Shown here: positions 12,953 through 26,200 of the stretch, piece after piece
Layout: each line of letters opens with the position of its first letter
Position numbering within the stretch: position 1 is the first letter of the stretch
Assembly (NCBI RefSeq): GCF_037042905.1
Contig: NC_087245.1
Coordinates: forward strand, 39,742,001-39,806,000
From: Lytechinus pictus
Taxonomy: Eukaryota
Length of the DNA: 64,000 bases
Direction of reading: 5' to 3'
The notes under the pieces: model-generated
Database searches by the model: none
Seen by the model: the letters and a program-made list of their open reading frames with translations, nothing else
Told to the model about the DNA's origin: nothing
Translations under genes and position numbers: made by a program

Positions 12953-13538
12953 AGGACAAGCCCACCCCTAAAAGATGTTGATTTGAATAAATAGAGAAAA
13001 ATCAAACTAGCATAACGCTGAAAATTTCATCAAATCGGATGTAAAATAAGAAAGTTATGGAATTTTAAAGCTTCGCTTATTTTTTACAACTTAGTGACAT
13101 GCAAATGAGTCAGTCGATGATGTCTATCACTCACTATTTCTTTTGTTTTTTATTGTTTGAATTATACAATATTTCATTTTTTACAAATTTGACAATAAGG
13201 ACCAACTTGACTTAACCATATAATATTAAACAATGCTAATTCCACGTGTTCAGGGAGGAATTAATCGTTGTTTCACTTGACAATGATGAGAAAATTCGAA
13301 TATTTCATATTTCATATAATAAAATACAAAAGAAATAGTGAGTGGATGACGTCATCAGTCTCCTCATTTGCATATCGACCAGGATGTGCATATAACTGTT
13401 TTGTGAAATTAAAGCGAAACTTTAAAATGTCATAACTTTCTTATTTTACATCCGATTTTGATGAAATTTTCAGTGTTATGCATGTTGGGTTTTTCTCTTT
13501 TTATTCAAATCAACTTTTTGTTGGGGTGGACTTGTCCT
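12953..13538. mobile_element. Kolobok-like MITE
   Basis: TTAA|AGGACAAGCCCACCCC ... GGGGTGGACTTGTCCT|TTAA. Confidence 0.85.
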
Positions 13539-13881
13539 TTAACCTTTTGCAACCTCGTTCTTGAAAGCGTGATATTTTAGAGTGTATGGACTGTGTAATA
13601 TGATTGCATAATGGTTCCTTATATCATAGAGCTAGCTCTATACTTATATCGAGCGCAGGAAGAATAAGAAGATTTACCTCTTTATGTAATCTTCTCAATC
13701 ATGTCAATGGTTTATTCTTTCCCAACGACAAGACGTTACGTAATGGGGGTAGTGTTGTGTACGGAATAGTATCTCTTTCTGCAATCGGAGTGACATGTCA
13801 CACCCGTCTTTCTAATGTTTTCAAAATGCCCCGCTCTGCGTTGAATATTTAGCGGGAATTATAAGTATGTGGGGCTTTTAA

Positions 13882-14368
13882 AGGGGAAGTTCACCCTGAC
13901 AAAAAGTTTATTGTAAAATTAGCAGAAAATAATGTTACCAAAATATTTGCGGAAGTCCATATCAACGATTTTGAAAGCTATTAGAATTTCAATTATTTGA
14001 TTTGTGACGTCACATGCTAGCAGCTTATTATGTATCGTTGATTTTAAAAATCAGTGAAATGTCGTCGTCCCCCCCCCCCCCCAAAAAAAAAGGGAAAATG
14101 GGCTTTATTGTACTTTTAGTACATCAACAAATTATTTCACACCTGCTCTTAAACAAGCCGTCATCATGAACCATTTAAGATTGAAATTTATGCATTTTAT
14201 AGTACATAACATGGGGTTCAGCTGCTCGTCTATGAAGTCACAGATCGCCAAATTGAAATTCAAATAACTTTCTTAATCTTTAATGGATTTTCCTCAGACC
14301 TTTACCAATATTCAATATTTTTTCTGCTATTTTTACATTAAACTTTTCGTCAGGGTGAACTTTCCCCT
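13882..14368. mobile_element. Kolobok-like MITE
   Basis: TTAA|AGGGGAAGTTCACCCTGACAAAAAGTTTA ... TAAACTTTTCGTCAGGGTGAACTTTCCCCT|TCAA (degenerate TSD). Confidence 0.75.
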
Positions 14369-17219
14369 TCAAAGGGGGTCGAACTGATTAATGGTGAATG
14401 TCATAAATATGGTTTCTCGTTGATTGTACGTTCTAAACAGCTACTCTTGAAATAAAGTTTTACAATGAATATTAATGAATGATACAGATAATGAATTAAC
14501 CCTTTTTAGAAACTATAATTTTGAGAGGAAAAAACTTGCTTTGCTGGTAGCAGTAACATGATTATTGCGATATTCAAGTAATGAGTAGTGAATAATTCAC
14601 TTGGTCGAAAATGCACCCCGTTATATACCTCTCTCTATCTTTCCACCACCCCCCCCCCCCATTCTCTGTCTCTCTCTCACAATATCTTTCTATTTCTACC
14701 TTTTCTTTTTTTCGTCTGTACAACGAACGGTAGATTCGGGAACGACCATAATTATCTGAAGCATGTTTTCCACGATAAGGTATGAATGGTCAAAACCAAT
14801 AAATAACCCCGTGTGCAAAACTCTTGAATAGAAAGAAAATACCTTGAGTCCCATCCAGAATTGTATGACCTCTTTTTATGAATACAGACTCAAAAAGCAG
14901 TTGGTCGATATTTCTCCAAGAGATCTATCACTTTGAATCGACTCCCGGAGACATACATCCGATGGTGGGTATATACATAGACCGATTTGGCTTGTTTTCT
15001 TTGGTAATTTCGAACGGGGGGGGGGGTCAAAAACATTGTTTGCATTGACAAAGCAGCGGGCTCATTGCATAAGCAATTGAAAGTGTTTTTACCCTTCTTT
15101 GGTACACTCCACCCCCCCCCCCCCCCTTTTCGATTCATCTGCTGGCACGGCCACACCTATGAAGCTGCGACTCTGATCCAGACAATTCGATCGCGCTATT
15201 TAGCTACGCAGTATCGATCATTATGGGTGGGGTGATGGGTGTCACTGAGGCCTCTAAAAGAGGGTCGGGCAGTTTACCACAGATCAAGGAATTCGTTCAA
15301 ATTGGATGAAGGTTTGCAAGTGTTCTGCAAACTTATTCTTGATTGAAAATGAATATTATGGATCGCGCAAGGTGCCTTTCCGACAGTGTAACCCTAGTTA
15401 GTCACGAACGGCTACTTGAAGTTGAAGAGCAATTATTTTGGGGTTTTATTTTGGCCGGGGCGGAGTACTTTTCAGCTGTCTTGCCTGTCTTTCGTGATAG
15501 TTTGATAATCTGCTCCCAAAGGTGCACCGGTGATTACCCGGAAAATATAGGCCCTATTCCTGCCATTTCTCTTTCTTTCCCGTATTCGTCCATCTGCATG
15601 CAAAGAAATTAACTGCCACATGTTCTTCGATTGATGGCGCTGTTAACATTTAACTTTCAATACCTGTGATTTGAATTTAAAATTGTATATTTCTCTAATA
15701 ATGTGATATGAGTTAGCTTTTGAGTATTACAAGCAAATATTGTGGAGCGTTTGAATTAATTTTAAAGCATCGAAATCTAATTAATATTTTTTAGTGTTGA
15801 AAGATTTTCAAAACATGAATGTTCATGAAATAAGCTACGTGTAGTTAAGTTCACATCGTACACTCATTTTTCTTTATGTGGGTCCACTTTATGTGTAACT
15901 GATAGTAAAACAGAGTCTTTTTCCTGAGGCACAATTGTTAATATCATCTGTGAGGAAAAAGAATAAATGACATTTTCATAAATGAAATAGGCGTACATTC
16001 GGATTACTAGTTTGATATACATTTTCATTGTACACTGGTGAAAGTGCGGCGTAATACGTCAAGATGCAGTGCCTTATTGAGTCGATTTTTAATTAATTAA
16101 TTTTTTTTGCCGTGTTTATGACATAGACGGAACGGTTTCTGTGTTGCTTACGTTTACTCTTTTGAGATGGGATGAATTTTGAGCGCGTGGGTTACTCGTC
16201 TAATAGTGTTGAGTCGTACCATTTTTATATCCATGATATGCGCAAATATCTATATAATAATCTTCCCCTTCAAATCCTTAGCAAATCGGTCCTTACGATT
16301 ACCTACTGATGTGCACCATTAAAATACACAGTGCATTACCATGACCCCACTTTGAACTGTGCTCTCTAATTGCCCCGAACTAACTATTATTGTAAACGTC
16401 GTATTACAATGACTAATTATTGTATAGCTGGTGGGTGTGTCATGAAAGCCCCCATCACAATCGGTGCGACTGACTGCAACCGTTTGGATTGCGTACAACA
16501 TAATTGAGACCAAACGATCACACGGGCAATTGTGAAAGCCCCTAGATTCCTAGAAGATGTCCGTAAGTTACGAGCGACTTTACGAACGACTGGTGATCCT
16601 TTCTTGTGCTTAATGTTACACACCAGATTTCCACTGATGTTGATTAAGTTCATAAGAAAGGGTCACCAGTCGTTAAGTCGCTCGTAAATTCCGGACAGCT
16701 TCATGAAACACACATGCCACTCCCAACATGGTTGTCAATGCTCTTAGAACATGTCAGCAATGATATAAGGCGATATAAAATACTGATAAATGAACAATGC
16801 CCCAGTCATACAAATGCAATTGACTCCAGACCGATCAAAGCTATTATGTTATGTCCAGTGACGTACCATCGGTCGGTTTGGAGTCGGTTTCGTTGGTATG
16901 GCTGGAGCATGAAAATGGAAGAGCTTGTCACGCTCTTTGCTCTTCAACATTTGAATAAATCATGAGATAATACTGACCTTCCCATCTCGTTTTGTCTTTT
17001 GTTCTCTCGATAATAGTTCTAAAATGAAGATGAACCGCGGACCGTCGACCTGGCACGATTGCGCATTTGTCCTTAAAAAATGTTTAGTAATGGGAACAGT
17101 CATATCATTCATTATGTCAAGAATTATAATCATGACAAAATAATTTTGGAATCATGAGTGGACCCCTCCCCCTTCAACCTTGTTAACATAATAATAAACC
17201 ATCTAGCCAATAAAGAAAT

Positions 17220-17366
17220 GGCGCCCGTTGCAGAAAGAGTTGCAATCAATCGCAACTCCAAAAATCACGCGCAACTTGATTTTCAACCAATCAACAGCGC
17301 GCATTTTGGACTTGCGATTGATTTTTTGACTTGCGTTTTAACGCAAGTCTTTCTGCAATGGGCCCC
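17220..17366. mobile_element. Harbinger-like MITE (diverged second copy ~54885-55027)
   Basis: TIRs GGCGCCCGTTGCAGAAAGA / TCTTTCTGCAATGGGCCCC. Confidence 0.7.
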
Positions 17367-18290
17367 TGGTATGCTTGGGCGTTCATGCTCTCAGTTACCT
17401 AAATGGCTAAGTCACAATAATTGTAAGTTCATGAAACTTGCCTTCTTGTCTGATCAATTACAATAAAACACAAAACACGTATAAAATTTCAATTTTGTTG
17501 GTTAAGGAAATGTAATAGGTGATGGGAGGGGTTCGACAGTTTCTGTCCACTTCATATCAGCCACCCCCAATCCTTTTGATATTCTCCAGATTAGCTAAGT
17601 GGCAAACAAAACGCTTTCTCGTGTAGCCAGCCAAAGGGTTGATGAAAGACATGCAGTAGTTCATCCATGACTGACATACCAAGGTGAACTTACGTGAAAA
17701 CAAAAGGAAAAGCTTGCCAATATTAATACCTCACGTAATTGTGGCAAATGCTGGTTGATTCCTGGAAGGTCGATGTGGAGACTGAATTAAGTCCAATAAA
17801 CAAAACAAAAAATTTCCCATTTGTTGCCTTATATCGAGCACAAGGCGTAATCAACACTATACACTATAGAACACCGATAATTTCGCCGTCTTTGGTGTGC
17901 ATTTGGTACCAACATGTACATGTAGTCGGGCCCATGGTACCAATTATGTTGTTGTACAGCATTGGCGATTGGCGTTGTCGATACGCTTTCGATGGGTGTC
18001 ATTGTGGTGTCGGCAACGTGTTGATTTGCCTACCAATCAATGTTGATGTGCTTAACGCAAGAAGTAGTGTTATTGTTATGTTATGGCGTGATGTCGATTT
18101 GTTGCCGAAATGTTGTCCATACGCGTTGGCATGGGGGCATGGTGCCGGTATGGCGTCGGCGACACACTGGGATTTTGTGTCAGCGACGTTTTAAGTGTCG
18201 ATGTGTTGTCGACATGTAGTATAGATATGTGTCGAGTTAGCTCCGTCTAGGAGTTGTTGTGTCGTCTGTCTGCGGCGGTCTCTCTGGTGG

Positions 18291-18700
18291 TTGCACGGGC
18301 CTAATCACAACTGGCAGGCCATAGATATTCATTCAAGCCAACCCATTGCTCAATTTTTTAATTTGATATTGCTGATTGACAAAAATGAATGAATATGACT
18401 GACAATCTAACACTGATTCTAGGAAGGGTACCTACTGAACTTTTTCCAAATTGGAAAGATATATCACCACTGCGGAACTATATTTTTACTGGCGGAAGAA
18501 TTAGGGTCATTTTACTCTCTCAAGTGATGAATTTGGTCCCGTCAGGTGTAGTCTTCATAAATGCTGATTTATTTTTAAAATGAGCCGGTCGAGGTACCCT
18601 TTTCTGGTCAGATATGGAATGTCAGACATTTATCCTATCCACTGGTAGTAAACATTCAACCCTCGAATTTCCTCCTTATTTTTTATGAATTATTTTTAAG
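18291..18700 (-). repeat. dispersed ~400-bp repeat, copy 2 (inverted relative to 12330-12738)
   Basis: Reverse-complement match along its length. Confidence 0.8.
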
Positions 18701-19171
18701 TGCCACTTTAACACACGAGTCTATGGGAAATGAATTAGGCCTGTGAGCCCTGGTGTCTTTTGACTCGGGCGGCCATCATGCCCTAAATTCATCGAAATTT
18801 GAGGATGCACAGCTTCGTCAAACATGTTCATGATGTTACTCGTAGGTGAACATGACGGAGAGGCGAGGCTTCAATAAAGACTTTAATACATTTATGATTG
18901 ATTAATTGACATGCAGATAATTCCAATACTTTGCTGTGAGGTGTATTTGTGCTGGTGTATTTGTTTGGATACGTGTGTGCGTGTGTTACCGTCAGTCCCA
19001 CGCTGGTCATGCTGTTGGCGATCTTGAGGCAGAGACTGAACTGACCGGAAGATCGCCATCTGCGTGAAATTGACGGTAGCAGAATTGACCAAGTTATGGC
19101 AAAATCATATGCTCTGTCCATCGCGCACATTTTTAAACCTCTAGTAAAATGAATCCACGGATTTGTATATA

Positions 19172-19995
19172 CAGTGCGTCCCAGAAAAAACGAAACCGAG
19201 ATTTAGCGATGATTTATCATAACTTAATCATAAATAAAATAGACAAATGACCTACCAATGTAAAGCTTAGAATCTCCTCTTTTATCTGGTATTACTTAGT
19301 TTATTTCTCATTCACGCATGAGTGAGCAAAAACAATTTGAAAAGGGGATACCAAAAAGTCACTTGGCGGGCCGTATCTGGGTTTTCAAATGAAAACCATA
19401 TTTTTAAAAAGTTCAATATCTGCTCTTTAATTTGATACCTCAATTACAGAAAATGGTCAAGAAATAATAAAGTTCTGGTTATTTGAAATAAGGCTTGAAT
19501 TTCAATAATTTCATAAAATGAAAAGGTTTTACAGGCAAGCGTCCAAACTCACTCCACACTCCGTTTTGTTGACGATCAACCATGCATTAATATAAGTCTT
19601 TTGTTACCGTGTGATAGCTTCTGTGGGAAACCGGTGAAAACACGTTTATTTAATGAAATTATGGAAAAACAAGCATTGTTTCGAGGGATCATAACTTGTT
19701 TACGTCTTGACCATTTTCTGTGATTAAGGTATCAAAGAAAAGAGCAGATATTGAACATTTTTGTCATGTGATTTTCTTTTTGAAATTCAGATACCCCCCG
19801 CCAAATGAGTTTTTGGCGTCCTTTCTTCGAATTGTTTTTGCTCACTCATGCGTGAATGAGGAATAATCTAAATAATACCAGATGAAAGAGGAGATTCTAA
19901 GCTTTACATTGGTAGGTCATTTGTCTATTTTATTTATGATTAAGTTATGATAAATCATCGCTAAATCTCGGTTTCGTTTTTTCTGGGACGCACTG
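19172..19995. mobile_element. Tc1/mariner-type palindromic MITE
   Basis: TA|CAGTGCGTCCCAGAAAAAACGAAACCGAG ... CTCGGTTTCGTTTTTTCTGGGACGCACTG|TA; inverted arms cover most of the element. Confidence 0.9.
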
Positions 19996-20120
19996 TATAT
20001 TTCTACACATATGAATGTATATATGAATATAATTTCTTTTTCATGATAATTATTATAATGATATTTTGCTGGCAGAAATTCCCTTAATGGGAATTTGAAA
20101 TTCAAATTAAAAAATATATA

Positions 20121-20349
20121 CAGTTGTGCTCGAAAGTTAGTAAATCCCTCCAAAAATTAACATATTTAAAGTGTTCGAGTTCCGCTATGTTTTAGATACT
20201 AAATTGTGAAGTCAGATGATAAAATATTACATTAAATAAAGTATTTTTTTCTGGTCTCGCCGAACATTGTGGTGTTGTTGTCTAAATTCAACACTCAGCA
20301 TGGAGGAGTGCATTTCGTGGTGGGGTTCACTAACATTTGAGCACAACTG
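20121..20349. mobile_element. short Tc1-like MITE
   Basis: TA|CAGTTGTGCTCGAAAGTTAGT ... ACTAACATTTGAGCACAACTG|TA. Confidence 0.8.
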
Positions 20350-20989
20350 TATAAATGAATATCATACAGTTCATCCTCGGTTCAATTGAGAGTTGCTGAG
20401 AAAAATAAATTATTAAAATGACCCAGCAAAAATATAGGTCTCTGTGCATCTGTTCTGGTCATCAGATTATTGTCAATGGAGCTTATTTTGCTTGCCCCTG
20501 AAATGCCAAGATTTGATGAATCAAAACAGAAATGAAAAAAAAATGATTGTCTGAAAGAAGAAAGATTACCTGGACACCCCCCCCCCCCCCCCCGCCTTCC
20601 CTCTTCTCCGTCATAAAGAGCTTACCATTCACTTTGTTATGAATATGAATAGTCTACTTGTGAGAAGTTTACTTTGCAATGGTATCACACATTATAACAA
20701 TCGCGCCCGTCTCATGCAAAGCCAGGATGACTTTATCTTCTTATGAATTACATTTTACGTTGACCATGAACAGATGAGCACAATCATGATCAGTAAAGAA
20801 TAAAGTAATAAAAATAAGACATAAAGTGAGTAAAGAAATATGAATATGAGCCTTAACGCACACACGCGCACAGGCATGCAAACATTCTCATATTTACATA
20901 AACACCAATACTTCTTTTTCATTACGTAGGTCCATGGTCCCACACATTCACTAACGCACACACACACACCCGACGCAAAGCTGTTAGAG

Positions 20990-21312
20990 TACCCCTATCC
21001 AGTTACAGACTGACAAGTGGCGACACTCGATGGAAATGAACGGCGATAAACACACACCCTCACATTCACCCACGTATACACACACCCCCTACACACCCAC
21101 ACACCTGACGCACAGACATGCCCCTGACCCAGTTACAGACCAACAAGTCGCGACACTCCTTTCTTTACATGTACACACTCATTCCACCACGCACATACAA
21201 CCGCCCTACACACACAGACGCACACACACCCGACGTACAGATGATGAGACACGCCCCTGACTCAGTTACCGACCGACAGGTCGCGCGACGCCCGATCCAA
21301 AATGAACGGCGT
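20990..21312 (+). repeat. diverged ~130-bp minisatellite with CA-rich spacers (3 cores)
   Basis: Core CCCCT..CAGTTAC(a/c)GAC..ACA(a/g)GT..GCGAC at ~20991, 21121 and 21254. Confidence 0.6.
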
Positions 21313-22200
21313 TGAACTCGATTCAGTTGGCATGGTTAGTGACTTATTAGTTCGTCCAAGGAGCTTGGGTTCATCCCAGGAAGTCTTTTAGTTATCAATC
21401 ACACACACTAAAACGACACAATACGGTGACATGTTCCATATCGGCAAGTAGACCATATGCGATTCCGCGTCCCTGTGATGTATTCGGTCTATTGAAGATT
21501 CACTAGACCCAATCGTCTTTTAATATCTAATTAACCTTTTCGCCAGTCATGAGTGGGTTTGAATGAATGAATGAATGGGATTCCTTGAAGTTCTTGGAAA
21601 TGATTAAAGAGGGAAGACGAATTGGGAATGCAAACTCTTGGTGAACCGTTAATGACTAAAGCAGCATTTTGTCTGGTTCGAGACCAATGCTTTGAACTAT
21701 TTTTCACCTCCGTTTGTCGTACTTGGACCCCTTTGCACCTTTCCATCTTTTTTTCTACGAATGCAGTATTTGCAAGTTGTGACTTCCAGATATCACGATT
21801 ATAATTAAGATATGATATATACTTTTATTTTTATAAAAACGTAATTTGCCCTCCCCTTTATAATGAATAGTTATTATCGTACTTAGAAGTATAATCTAAA
21901 CTAGATGCACACGTATAGAAAAAAAAACACATCTACCACCATCAGACCATTGCCGAAATCGCCACCATCTTCATACACCATCACCACCACCACCACTGTA
22001 GCACTGCTGTTGTTGCAGACACTACCAACCACTTCTTCTAAAACTCTTTTCTACTACTACCATTAGATATCATCGATGCCCATGTTTCTGCTATATTTCA
22101 ACATTTACACGTCAACTACTACTAGGAGGAGGAGGAGTAGAACATCTTAGTGCTACTGTAACTGCTATACAGCATAAACATTCAAAATATTCGTTTTTTT

Positions 22201-22226
22201 GTAGTACCATAGATCTATGGTAGTAC
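22201..22226. mobile_element. P-element-like footprint
   Basis: GTAGTAC|CATAGATCTATG|GTAGTAC: a 12-bp palindrome with CATAG termini between 7-bp direct repeats. Confidence 0.6.
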
Positions 22227-22704
22227 TATGCGTGTTATCTCACTCGGCCATGTAAAGTTTCCAGGATGATCAGGATTTTATATACATTCTCTTACATCTT
22301 TCTAGAATCTGATAAACTACTTTCTCAGTCAGGGTCTTCTTCAAAGCAATGTATCCCAAACGATAAGCATAAAAATTGATCCTACTAGAGCGATCCAGTT
22401 AATAAAAGTGGCAAGACCGATGGCGAAAGAGATCATCCAGACGGTCTTTAAGGCGCTTTCTCAAACTTAGCAACGTGGCTGTTTCTTGTCACTGAACCGG
22501 AACGGTATCTTAAAAATTACACTTTTTGAATGACACAACCAGTAACATACACAAGAAATGATAGAAGTTGGACTTACGTAGCGCTTTTTTTTTCAAAGGG
22601 TACGAGGCGCAAGTATCATTACCAGGGCGTCATACAGCTCGAGCTACCGTTTCATTAGCAGCGCTCAGTGCATTCAGGAATTCAAATTGATTTATAGGTA
22701 CCGA

Positions 22705-23123
22705 GGTAAATTGCCAGTAAATTGTCTACTGCCAACTTGTCCACTCGCCACATGGTCTACTTTCATTTAGTCTAATACCATTCCGTCCAACATTTCGTCT
22801 AACAACCATTAGGTCCAATAACTATTTGGTCCAATCATCACTTCGTCTAATCACCATTTCGTCTATGACCATTTCGTCTCATAACCAGTTGGTCTAATAT
22901 CCATTTTATTATCATTCATTTTGCAAAATTAACACCTAGTCCATTTAGACAAAATGGTATATGGACTAATTGGCTATTGGACCAACCGGTTATTAGACGA
23001 AATGGTGAGTGGGCGCATTGGCAATTAGACCATGTGGATAGTGGACGAACTGATGATAGACCAAATGATAGTAGACGAGTTGGCAATTGGACGAAATTGC
23101 ATTAGACGAATTGGAAATAAACC
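22705..23123. mobile_element. foldback-type element with modular tandem-subrepeat arms
   Basis: The left arm repeats CATTTCGTCTA/TTGGTCCAA and the right arm repeats the inverse TAGACGAAATG/TTGGACCAA. Confidence 0.7.
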
Positions 23124-23252
23124 GGTGCCAGCTAGGTGCCAATTCATCTCACCTGGGATTAGTGCAGGACCATGTGGACAAATTTCAGATGTAAATGGAT
23201 CCATGTTTCAAATGAAAATCTAATCATTTATTTCTATGATTGTTCTTTTTAG

Positions 23253-26200
23253 GTTGGTCCTACCTTGGGACTCTTGGTCGCACGGAATGGGACACCATTC
23301 CTGGTAGCTACTGCAACGGTACTCATCAGTCTCCCATCGATATCATCACCAATATCGCCGTCCCTACTGACCTTGGTACCTTCGTACTGGATGATTACTC
23401 AGCTACTAACCCAAACTTGGATATGGACAACAACGGGCATGGAAGTAAGGAATTAAATGCATTTACTGCACTTATTGCTGTTGTATTTTTTCTTAATTTG
23501 GTTTTTAACGGCGCTCTCATTCAAAGAAAAAATGCGTGGACTGATTTTGACGGATGGGAACTTGTATATGAAATTACTTTTTGTTTGTATGTTTATTTCC
23601 GTATATCAAATAACAAATACAAAATACATATAACATGAAATGATAAAGGTCAAGGTTGCAATACTGAAGAGTAAGAAATGGTAAGGATAACGTAAAACAT
23701 ACGGCTGGCCGTCATATTCAGCTGCAATATTATATTGCTGCTGGCCTTTCATGGAGCCAGTTAACTTGAATAATAGCAATGATTACCATAATGTAAATGA
23801 TGTTGACCATTAAAATAATTATTATAAACAATTCCTATAATTAAATCGTAATCAAAAGCATTACATTTAAAATGGAAATGGAAATATAAATTTTTGTTTT
23901 AGGTTTATTCGTTCCTTTGGTCCGAAGCTAGTGGTCATCTACATGAATGATATGGCAAACCAAAGATACCTCTAACTACCGTTTACCACAGGGCTCTGTT
24001 TGCGGGCCCACCTTACTTTTGGTTTACCTGATTAGTTTTGGACACATCCTACGAATCTACAATGTTCATTATCACAAAATCATGCGCCAATGATATCCAA
24101 AGTTATTACTCTTTTCAAACGAAACCAGGCTAACGAAAGATATAAATTCATCCACCCTCCCTTGTGGCTTAACCGTCATTCTTGGAAACTGATCGCTCCA
24201 AATCTAAGCTCCTTTAATTTGGTTCAAAGACTCAATTTGGTTAAGCCTATGAATATGTCTCTTTTCTGATTGTACGCTGAATGCGGCCTACGCATGATGC
24301 GCAACCTACGGTGATTGTTTTTTGTAGAATGACAATGTCTCGTCAAATTGACAAGCATTAATTCTGTATTTATGTAAAGGTACCAACTCCGCAACATTTC
24401 ATTCATAAGGAAATGTTCAAAAATCTTCATTTGTTACCTATCATGTAGTAACGGTCAGATTGCACGATGAGCTTCAACATTTATACAATCTTTCTGGAGG
24501 AGGCCTCCCTACTACTTACACTGCTACCCAGTTCCATTTCCATTGGGGATCTGTCAACACTCAAGGCTCTGAACATAATGTTGATGGTACAGCATACCCT
24601 GCTGAGGTGAGCGTAATAATGTGTGTGGCCAATCCCAGGCCTTAATGGGTGTGGTCACTCCAGGCCATAATCCTGGGTGTGGCCACTCCAGGCTGCTATG
24701 TGTGTGGTCATCGAAGGCAGAAATGGGTGTATCCATCCCCTGGGGAGTGTTTCATCAACATTTTTATCCGACAAGTTGTCAGTTCTGACATCTTTCCTTG
24801 ATTCTGATTGGCTGAGAGGCACTGTTACTATGGTAACTGTCGGATAAAACAGGACTTGTCGGATAAAACGTCTGACAAGTCCTTTCATGAAACGCTCCCC
24901 AGGCCACTAATTGGTGCGGCCATCCAAGATCATAATGGCCACCTCCCCCATCCCATCATGGGTGTGACTACATGGGCCACATTGGATGGGATCCACGCAT
25001 ATTATGGCCAAGGAAAATTGTAGAATTTCTCTCACTCTGTTCCTTTCTACCGAGGTTTTTTTTTGTCTTTGTCAAGGATTAACATGTGTGAATCTTTTCT
25101 TTGAATCAACAATTACGGAAAACATATATATATTTCTGACATGGGAGTTTAATAGAAAATATATTTTGAGCGATAATGATGTTTTATGCGGTATTATCTG
25201 GAAATAATCCCATGATGAGGGGGGGGGGCTACTAAAGCAACAAAATATATATCTTGGCTTGTTTCGTTGATAAGTGTCTAGATTGGCCTATAGCTACCTA
25301 TCGTAATTGCTTCTAAGCCAATATTCTCATTCATTTAGTTACACATGGTTCACTACGACAAGTCCAGATACAGTGATGTCGTGGCCGCTTTGACGAGCTT
25401 GGAATGGAACGCCGTCGCCGCCCTGGGTGCGTTCATTGAGGTGAGATGGTTTTTTTTTCTGCCGTTTCCTTCTCCTATATTCATCTCATCCTCCTCCTCC
25501 TCCTCGTTCTCCTTTTCTTCCACCTCCCTCCAGTCCTTCCCGTTCTGTTATCCTACTGCTATCACTTGAAGCTCGCTCTGTGATAGCCGGTCTGATTTCC
25601 CAAGTTATTTTTTCCTTCACCATCGATAATGTATGACTAGATTTGCAAATATCCTGTCACTTTTGATTTACACTGAATCTTGATAATATCACTGTGTTTG
25701 TTCTTATTTGGTTGTGAGAAATAATGAATACAGCAGCTTAAAAATTCGTGATCATAAAATAACATAATCCTCGCATCATTAGGAGTAATCATATCTCTTT
25801 GATTTCTCTTTTTCCAGATTGGAGAGGACAATAATCCCGCCTTCGATAATTTCATAGCTTACTTCGACCAGATCTCTAACTACTCATCAGGCGACACATC
25901 TCTTGGTATTGGAAACCTTCCATCGTTCCCGATCCGTTCCGTCTTTCCCTTCGACCTCTCCAGGTTCTACCGATACAACGGCTCTTTGACAATACCAAAC
26001 TGCTACGAATCCGTCATCTGGACTGTTTTTGAAGATACCATCAAAATTTCTCAAGAACAGGTTAGTATAAGAACAGGGACTTGGTGTTTGTCGCGTGGCC
26101 AGATAATTTCATCGAGGGGACGGTGGTAACTCGTAGGCGTAAAGCAGTATTGCGAGATGAGAGGTTTTTTTTGTGAGACTTTTTTTCNNNNNNNNNNNNN

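Noticed and set aside
15093-15593. Minus-strand exon (acceptor-like at 15594, donor-like at 15092)
   Set aside because: The splice signals are only moderate and it has no long open frame or recognisable protein; it cannot be supported without RNA data.
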